From the IMG/VR virus record IMGVR_UViG_3300027963_004416, positions 1-64,000 of that record: a stretch of 64,000 nt of DNA. One strand, 5' to 3'. Every line of letters begins with the position of its first letter. Position 1 is the stretch's first letter. Below are positions 57,781 to 64,000 of this stretch, in pieces. This stretch comes from a virus. Below the pieces are notes generated by a model, which worked only from the letters and a program-made list of their open reading frames with translations, did no database searches and was not told the DNA's origin. Position numbers and translations under genes: made by a program.

Positions 57781-58171
57781 GTTAATTCCTCTTATCTTTC
57801 TTTTGACAGGTTGCGCTGTAATAGATGCCTATAGAATGGGTAAATATGATGTAATTGAACATGATAAAATTAATAACATTCGTTCTTCTGCTGAGTTGTC
57901 AATTCCATACTGCGGTGATAATGATACAGTAAAAGTTATTTCAACTAACCTTTACAATAAAAGTGTTGAGCTAAAGAATTATTCCTCAACATTGCCTAAC
58001 AACAAAGAAGCTGGCGAATTAAGTGGAATGCTAGTCGAGGTGACTGGTAGTATGATGAAGGCGTATCAGGAAGACAAACCTCATAGCAAGGTATTCTGTG
58101 AGCTAAAGCTAAAAAATGTTGAAGACTCTGCTATAAAAATTCAAACTGTTATAGCAAGGAAGCCAAGATGA
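57773..58171 (+). CDS. Lipoprotein
   Basis: LLTGC lipobox. Confidence 0.7.
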   Translation: MYKLIPLIFLLTGCAVIDAYRMGKYDVIEHDKINNIRSSAELSIPYCGDNDTVKVISTNLYNKSVELKNYSSTLPNNKEAGELSGMLVEVTGSMMKAYQEDKPHSKVFCELKLKNVEDSAIKIQTVIARKPR

Positions 58172-58416
58172 ACTTCAAAGAAGCTCTAGATCCATTCATA
58201 AAAAGTAATGACTTAATAATCTGCACAGTTGCTGCAAAAGCAGAATCATATACTGATGAGTTTAAAAAAGGAAACTTAAGCTTAAGTGAGTATAAAGATC
58301 TTATGAACGATCTTACTATACTAAAGAGGATTGATGAATCTGCTGATTTACTTCAGCAGAGAATTAGTTTAAACACTGCTATTAATGGACTTATAGCTGC
58401 TGCATCTTTAGTATAA
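58168..58416 (+). CDS. Hypothetical protein
   Basis: Coupled ORF. Confidence 0.55.
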   Translation: MNFKEALDPFIKSNDLIICTVAAKAESYTDEFKKGNLSLSEYKDLMNDLTILKRIDESADLLQQRISLNTAINGLIAAASLV

Positions 58417-58703
58417 TGCAGGAAAATACTGAAGACTGGATGACAAAAAAGTGGAGGCCTATGATGGCCGTCACATATATGGCTATAAATATATGTGATT
58501 TTATTATTTTTCCAGTTATGCATACGTTTGTGTTTTTTTGGAATAATCCGGCTAACGTTGCTACTTTCAAGCAGTGGGAGCCGATCACATTACAATATGG
58601 TGGATTAATACACTTGGCTTTTGGAGCAATTTTGGGCATTTCTGCATGGACGCGAGGTCAAGAGAAAGTAGCAGCAATTAATAAAAATAATAATCAGGTA
58701 TAG
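58416..58703 (+). CDS. Holin-like membrane protein
   Basis: W..KWRP, two TM segments, LG..AW.R..EK. Confidence 0.6.
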   Translation: MQENTEDWMTKKWRPMMAVTYMAINICDFIIFPVMHTFVFFWNNPANVATFKQWEPITLQYGGLIHLAFGAILGISAWTRGQEKVAAINKNNNQV

Positions 58704-58705
58704 AG

Positions 58706-58936
58706 ATGGAAACATTCGATACAAATTCAAGGATTGCAGTGCTAGAAAACGAAGTCAAAAACATAGCCTCGGACATCAAGGAGCTTAGATTGGAACAAAA
58801 AGAGCAACACGATGCTCTGATGAAGCATTTTGTTTCAATTGAGGAAAGATTAACTAATCTTGAAAAATGGCGCTGGATGGTCGTAGGCGGAGCTTTGGTT
58901 GTTGGCTTCCTACTTTCACACATAATAAAATATTAA
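58706..58936 (+). CDS. Coiled-coil plus C-terminal TM protein
   Basis: RIAVLE...LEKWRWMVVGG. Confidence 0.6.
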   Translation: METFDTNSRIAVLENEVKNIASDIKELRLEQKEQHDALMKHFVSIEERLTNLEKWRWMVVGGALVVGFLLSHIIKY

Positions 58937-58940
58937 ATAG

Positions 58941-58990
58941 TTGAATTAAGTACCTGTTTCGTATATAATGAATTGTTGACAACAGGTACT
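58941..58990 (+). promoter_or_regulatory. Sigma70 promoter for primase interleaved with a 10-bp inverted repeat
   Basis: TTGAAT-N17-TATAAT; AGTACCTGTT (58949) / AACAGGTACT (58981). Confidence 0.65.
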
Positions 58991-58992
58991 AT

Positions 58993-60009
58993 ATGCTGTA
59001 TATTGATCTTAAGTATATCGGTCTTATTTCTAATCGCTTAGAACGTCTCAAGCGAAAAACTAACAATATATTCAATTGTAGATGCCCTTTGTGTGGCGAT
59101 TCCAGATCTGATCGCACAAAGACGCGTGGCTACCTATTCGAGAAGAAAGGCAACATGCTGTACTTTTGCCACAACTGTGGTGCATCGATGTCGTTCGCTA
59201 ATTTCCTTAAATCTATAGATGGTGAGCTATACAAAGAATATGCTCAAGAGACGTTCATTGAGAAATATTCTAGCAACACCACTGTACAGCCGGTAGATAT
59301 TACTAATCCTTCACCTCCTAAATTCATGAAGGATTCGCCGCTTAAACAACTGAAAAAAATCTCACAGCTACCGTACAATCATCCGGCAAAGCTGTATGTG
59401 GAGAAGCGTAAAATACCACCGGCTTCACATTATAAACTATTTTATGCACCAAAATTTAAAACCTGGGTGAATACTTTTATCCCGGATAAGTTTGCAGTAG
59501 AAATTGATGAGCCTAGACTGATACTCCCGTTCCTGGATAAGGAAAAAAACTGCTTTGGGTTTCAAGGTCGAGCCTTTGCGGCGTCTGCACTGAGATATAT
59601 CACTATAATGTTAGATTCAGATAAGCCCAAGATATTTGGCCTTGACTCGCTTGATATAACGCGACCGTTTTATATTACCGAAGGTCCAATCGACTCACTC
59701 TTTTTACCTAATGCGATTGCAATGGCCGGTGCCGACGCCAGCATTGATTGGATCGATCCTTCGTATAGAAAAAATAGCGTATATGTTTACGATAATGAAC
59801 CACGTAATAGTCAGATAACAAGCCGAATGGAAAAGGTTATCGACAAGGGATATAAGGTTGTAGTGTGGCCATCAGAAACGAAAGAGAAAGATATAAATGA
59901 TATGGTGCTAACTGGTAAACCACTACCCGCGCTAAAGGACATTATAGATAGTAATACATTTGAGGGATTGAGCGCCAAGCTTGCCTTTACAACATGGAAA
60001 AAAATATGA
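58993..60009 (+). CDS. gp61: DNA primase gp61
   Basis: CRCPLCGDS, CHNCG, GFQGR, EGPIDSLF, DNEPRN, KDINDM. Confidence 0.95.
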   Translation: MLYIDLKYIGLISNRLERLKRKTNNIFNCRCPLCGDSRSDRTKTRGYLFEKKGNMLYFCHNCGASMSFANFLKSIDGELYKEYAQETFIEKYSSNTTVQPVDITNPSPPKFMKDSPLKQLKKISQLPYNHPAKLYVEKRKIPPASHYKLFYAPKFKTWVNTFIPDKFAVEIDEPRLILPFLDKEKNCFGFQGRAFAASALRYITIMLDSDKPKIFGLDSLDITRPFYITEGPIDSLFLPNAIAMAGADASIDWIDPSYRKNSVYVYDNEPRNSQITSRMEKVIDKGYKVVVWPSETKEKDINDMVLTGKPLPALKDIIDSNTFEGLSAKLAFTTWKKI

Positions 60010-60671
60010 ACGTTAAAATTATAAGCTATTCGCAGCCCCCTGTAGGTACATCACTCGGACTCAAAAGCGCACAGGAGCTAGTAGCATATTGCGCTAGAGT
60101 ATCAAATCCATCAAATCAGCTTAATACGGAAACGTCAGACAAGCTTATTAAATATCTCGTCAAGAATAAACACTGGTCACCACTTGAAATGGTATCACTA
60201 TGTTTAGAGGTTAACACAACGAGAGACATAGCGAGACAAATTCTTAGACATAGGAGCTTCTCGTTTCAAGAGTTTAGTCAGAGGTATGCTGACCCTGTCA
60301 AAGAGCTTAGTTTTATTACTCGGGAGGCTCGACTTCAAGATCTTGAGAATCGTCAAAATTCTATAGAGATACATAATAAGCTGTTACAAGAGCAATGGGA
60401 ATTACATCAAAAGGAAGTAATAGAATTAGCTAAGTCAAAGTATGAATGGGCAATAAAGTCCGGTATTGCAAAAGAACAGGCGCGGGTAGTTCTTCCAGAA
60501 GGCTTAATTGAATCAAAACTTTATGTAAATGGAACTTTGAGGTCATGGGTTCACTACATACAGCTCAGATCAGGTAACGGTACGCAAAAAGAACATAAGG
60601 AAATAGCTCAAGCTTGCGCTAAGGTTATTGCTGATGTGTTCCCTATTATAGAAGACTTTAATGATATGTAG
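60006..60671 (+). CDS. thyX: Flavin-dependent thymidylate synthase
   Basis: HWSPLE, QILRHRSFSFQEFSQRY, AR.VLP, TQKEH. Confidence 0.95.
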   Translation: MNVKIISYSQPPVGTSLGLKSAQELVAYCARVSNPSNQLNTETSDKLIKYLVKNKHWSPLEMVSLCLEVNTTRDIARQILRHRSFSFQEFSQRYADPVKELSFITREARLQDLENRQNSIEIHNKLLQEQWELHQKEVIELAKSKYEWAIKSGIAKEQARVVLPEGLIESKLYVNGTLRSWVHYIQLRSGNGTQKEHKEIAQACAKVIADVFPIIEDFNDM

Positions 60672-60679
60672 AGGTAACT

Positions 60680-61276
60680 ATGTGGTTAATTAATTTTATA
60701 CCAGACTGGGTTTTTCATTTAGCAACTTTAGCGGGGATTCTTCTTTTAGTTACCTCAATTGTCTTAGGCTTTATTCCTTTCATTTCAAAATTTAAAACCC
60801 CTTTGCTTGTTTTAGGGGTAGTAGTGATGAGTGCGGGATTATTTTTTGAAGGTACCTTATACTGTAATGCTCAATGGAATGAAAAGGTAGCAGAGCTAGA
60901 GCGCAAGGTAGCAGCGGCAGAAGTTGCATCGGCTAAGCAGAATACTAGAATTGTCACTAAGTATATAACGAATGTAGAGAAGATAAAGGATACAACGGAT
61001 GAAAATATTAAACTCGTCGAGCAGCATGTTACTGGTGATGATAGCAAGTGTACTGTCCCTAACTCTGTCGTCGTGCTCCACGACAGTGCCAGTAAGAATC
61101 AGCTTCCCCCAAGCACCGGAGGAGCTTATGAAGGAGCCTCCGATGTTAAAATCAGTGAACTCACAACAACCGTCGTTGAAAACTACGGAACCTACTACCA
61201 AATCTCCGAGCAATTAAAAGCGTGGCAAGAGTGGTATAAAACTCAAAAAGATATTTTCGAAAAAGCTTTTAATTAA
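60680..61276 (+). CDS. Inner-membrane spanin (Rz-like)
   Basis: N-terminal TMs, periplasmic coiled coil, nested lipoprotein gene. Confidence 0.75.
   Translation: MWLINFIPDWVFHLATLAGILLLVTSIVLGFIPFISKFKTPLLVLGVVVMSAGLFFEGTLYCNAQWNEKVAELERKVAAAEVASAKQNTRIVTKYITNVEKIKDTTDENIKLVEQHVTGDDSKCTVPNSVVVLHDSASKNQLPPSTGGAYEGASDVKISELTTTVVENYGTYYQISEQLKAWQEWYKTQKDIFEKAFN
60999..61217 (+). CDS. Outer-membrane spanin (Rz1-like) nested in +1 frame
   Basis: LTLSSC lipobox, Pro-rich FPQAPEELMKEPP; AAAGGA upstream. Confidence 0.75.
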   Translation: MKILNSSSSMLLVMIASVLSLTLSSCSTTVPVRISFPQAPEELMKEPPMLKSVNSQQPSLKTTEPTTKSPSN

Positions 61277-61284
61277 GAGGTAGC

Positions 61285-63081
61285 ATGAACAATATTGTAC
61301 ACGGTATTACGGTAGACTATTCGCGTGATTCTTTGTTTGACGAGTTAGGAATTAAGCGACTAAAAGAATCATATATGACAGATGAAGAGGTATCCCCTCA
61401 GGAGAGATTTGCTTATGTATCAAAAATCTTTGGATCGAATCCTGAACATTCTCAGAGACTTTATGACTATAGTAGTCGGCATTGGCTATCTTATAGTACT
61501 CCTATCCTTTCATTTGGCCGTAGTAAGCGGAGTCTTCCTATATCATGTTTTTTACCTTATTTACACGATAGTGCGGAAGGCTTGGTTGACTGCTTATCAG
61601 AAGTAAACTGGCTATCAATGCTTGGAGGTGGGATTGGAATTGGTCTTGGTATTCGCAGTGCTGATGATAAGTCTGTTGGTATTATGCCTCATCTTAGAAC
61701 TTATGATGCATCCTCTCTTGCATATCGTCAAGGCAGGACTCGTCGCGGTAGCTATGCTGCTTATCTTGACATATCTCACCCGGATATTTTGATCTTTCTA
61801 GAGATGCGCAAGCCTACCGGTGATCAGAACATGCGCTGTTTGAACTTGCATCACGGCATTAATATCACGGATGACTTCATGCAGATTATTGAAAAGTGCA
61901 TGATTGATCCTACAGCAGAAGATACCTGGGAACTAAAAGATCCTCATAATAATGAGGTGAAGGAAAAAGTATCTGCACGTGAGCTTTGGCAGCGTATTCT
62001 TGAAATGCGTATGGTTACGGGTGAGCCATACTTACATTTTATTGATACAAGCAACAATGCATTACCAGAGTCACAAAAAGCTTTAGGTCTTAAGGTCAGG
62101 CAATCAAACCTATGTTCAGAAATTGTTTTACCAACAGATAAAGATAGAACCGCAGTATGCTGTCTATCATCTGTAAATCTGGAGTATTACGATGAATGGA
62201 AAAATGATCCTAGATTTCTTCGGGATATTGCGGAAATGCTTGATAATGTGCTACAACACTTTATTGATAATGCTCCAGATGTTATTCACCGTGCTCGTTT
62301 TAGCGCCGCTCGTGAGCGAAGTATTGGTATCGGAGCTCTTGGTTTCCATGCGTACCTTCAAAAGACGAATGTTCCCTGGGAGTCGCCGCTAGCAGTTAGC
62401 GCTAATCACCGTATTTTTAAGTACATGAAGGAGCAGGTAGATGCTGCAAATAAACAGCTTGGTGGTGAACGCGGCGAAGCTCCAGATGCTGCTGGTACTG
62501 GAAACCGCTTCTGCCACCTTATGGCTATCGCGCCTAACGCCTCATCATCAATTATCATGGGAAATACTTCGCCAAGTATTGAACCGTACCGTGCTAATGC
62601 CTATAGACAAGACACTCTCTCCGGATCGTTCTTAAATAAAAACAGATATCTTGATAAAATCATTAAAGACGCATCCGAAAAAGATAACAAGATAGATTAC
62701 CATGAGACATGGTCCAGTATTATTGCGAATGATGGCTCAGTACAGCATTTAGAATGGATGGACGAGTGGGTGAAGGATGTATTTAAGACGTCCATGGAGA
62801 TAGATCAAAGATGGATTATTCAGCATGCTGCTGATCGTCAACCGTATATTGATCAGGCCCAGTCGTTAAATCTCTTCTTCAGACCGAATACAAACGTTAA
62901 GTATTTACATGCGGTTCATTTTATGGCCTGGAAACAGGGTCTAAAGACGCTTTACTATTGCCGATCTGAAAAAATTGGTAAAGCAGATAAAGTAGCAAAA
63001 AAGATTGAAAGACAGGTTATCGAAGAATTAGATCTTAAACAAATAGCAGAAGGCGAGGTTTGCCTTGCATGCGAGGGATAA
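61285..63081 (+). CDS. nrdA: Class I ribonucleotide reductase alpha subunit (no ATP cone)
   Basis: PISCF, QSNLCSEI, VCCLSS, APNASSS, KTLYYCRS, C-terminal CLACEG. Confidence 0.95.
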   Translation: MNNIVHGITVDYSRDSLFDELGIKRLKESYMTDEEVSPQERFAYVSKIFGSNPEHSQRLYDYSSRHWLSYSTPILSFGRSKRSLPISCFLPYLHDSAEGLVDCLSEVNWLSMLGGGIGIGLGIRSADDKSVGIMPHLRTYDASSLAYRQGRTRRGSYAAYLDISHPDILIFLEMRKPTGDQNMRCLNLHHGINITDDFMQIIEKCMIDPTAEDTWELKDPHNNEVKEKVSARELWQRILEMRMVTGEPYLHFIDTSNNALPESQKALGLKVRQSNLCSEIVLPTDKDRTAVCCLSSVNLEYYDEWKNDPRFLRDIAEMLDNVLQHFIDNAPDVIHRARFSAARERSIGIGALGFHAYLQKTNVPWESPLAVSANHRIFKYMKEQVDAANKQLGGERGEAPDAAGTGNRFCHLMAIAPNASSSIIMGNTSPSIEPYRANAYRQDTLSGSFLNKNRYLDKIIKDASEKDNKIDYHETWSSIIANDGSVQHLEWMDEWVKDVFKTSMEIDQRWIIQHAADRQPYIDQAQSLNLFFRPNTNVKYLHAVHFMAWKQGLKTLYYCRSEKIGKADKVAKKIERQVIEELDLKQIAEGEVCLACEG

Positions 63082-64000
63082 ATGATTAAAAAAACAAAAT
63101 CAAGACTTACCGATGAGCGGGAATCATTTAAGCCATTTAACTACCCTTGGGCATATGAAGACTGGCTCAAGCATGAACAAGCTCACTGGCTCCATACAGA
63201 GGTGCCAATGCTTGAGGATGTAAAGGATTGGAAAAACAAACTTACAGACCCACAGAAGCATTTCCTTACAAATATTTTTAGATTTTTTACACAAGGTGAT
63301 GTTGATGTAGCAGGTGGATATGTAAAAAATTATTTACCTTACTTTCCGCAACCGGAAATAAGAATGATGTTGATGGGATTTGCTGCCAGAGAGGCACTAC
63401 ATGTAGCGGCCTACTCACATCTTATAGAGACACTAGGCATGCCAGAATCGACTTATGCTGAATTTCTGGAATATTCGCAGATGCGTGACAAGCATGATTA
63501 TTTTGTAGATCTTTCACATAAAAATGGCACTGCAGCATCGGTAGCAGCAAATATTGCTGCTTTTTCAGCCTTCACTGAAGGTATGCAACTATTCAGTTCA
63601 TTTATTATGTTGCTTAATTTTCCTCGACATGGGCTTATGAAGGGTATGGGTCAAATCGTGACATGGTCTATTGTAGATGAAACCATGCATGCTGAATCAA
63701 TGATCAAGCTTTTCAGAACATATATAGAAGAAAATAAGGAATTGTGGAACGATGAACTTAAGAGTACAATTTATACCATCGCTGAAAAGATGGTTGAGCT
63801 TGAGGACAAATTTATTGATCTTGCTTTTAACATGGGTGATATGCCAGGTCTCACAGCGGACGACGTTAAGCGCTATATTAGGTATATTGCTGACCGCCGG
63901 CTTATATCTCTCGGTCTCAAGGGAATATTTAAAGTTAAGAAAAATCCTCTCTCGTGGGTAGAGGAAATGATTAATGCACCAACCCACACTAACTTTTTTG
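63082..64000 (+). CDS. nrdB: Class I ribonucleotide reductase beta subunit, truncated by window end
   Basis: FKPFNYPWA, HWLHTEV, FFTQGD, REALHVAAYS, EGMQLFSSF, DETMH. Confidence 0.93.
   Translation, partial: MIKKTKSRLTDERESFKPFNYPWAYEDWLKHEQAHWLHTEVPMLEDVKDWKNKLTDPQKHFLTNIFRFFTQGDVDVAGGYVKNYLPYFPQPEIRMMLMGFAAREALHVAAYSHLIETLGMPESTYAEFLEYSQMRDKHDYFVDLSHKNGTAASVAANIAAFSAFTEGMQLFSSFIMLLNFPRHGLMKGMGQIVTWSIVDETMHAESMIKLFRTYIEENKELWNDELKSTIYTIAEKMVELEDKFIDLAFNMGDMPGLTADDVKRYIRYIADRRLISLGLKGIFKVKKNPLSWVEEMINAPTHTNFF

Noticed and set aside
26293-63081. Introns or inteins in gp43, gp41, thyX, nrdA
   Set aside because: Proteins are of normal or short length with contiguous motifs.

Overview
64 kb of a large T4-like (Tevenvirinae/Kyanoviridae-grade) lytic myophage genome, probably infecting a Gram-negative host with a higher GC content than the phage. 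The window runs from major capsid gp23 through uvsY/uvsW, gp55, gp47/46, an unusually complete 7-deazaguanine DNA-modification cluster (queE, PRTase, queD, folE, nuclease-like ORF, DpdA-type transglycosylase, PurN-like formyltransferase, P-loop kinase, queF, MazG-like mini-protein, queC, GAT-II, dUTPase/Dcd, glycosyltransferase), then gp45/44/62/regA, 14 tRNAs, hsp20, gp43, uvsX and gp41. Next is a GC-richer early region (about 36.5-47 kb) of small-gene cassettes, each headed by a near-identical sigma70 promoter and, in most, an AG-rich leader, followed by late head-internal, structural and lysis genes, primase, thyX, nested spanins and nrdA/nrdB (truncated). The best leads are in non-coding DNA: (1) a structured RNA at 45.4-45.6 kb whose hairpin loop is exactly antisense to the ribosome-binding leader shared by the early cassettes; (2) a 450-570 nt structured RNA directly behind the tRNA array containing a variant hammerhead ribozyme; (3) two leftward promoters firing into an ORF-poor 12-bp tandem-repeat zone (candidate origin). 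All calls come from reading the sequence and motif recall; no searches or folding were run.
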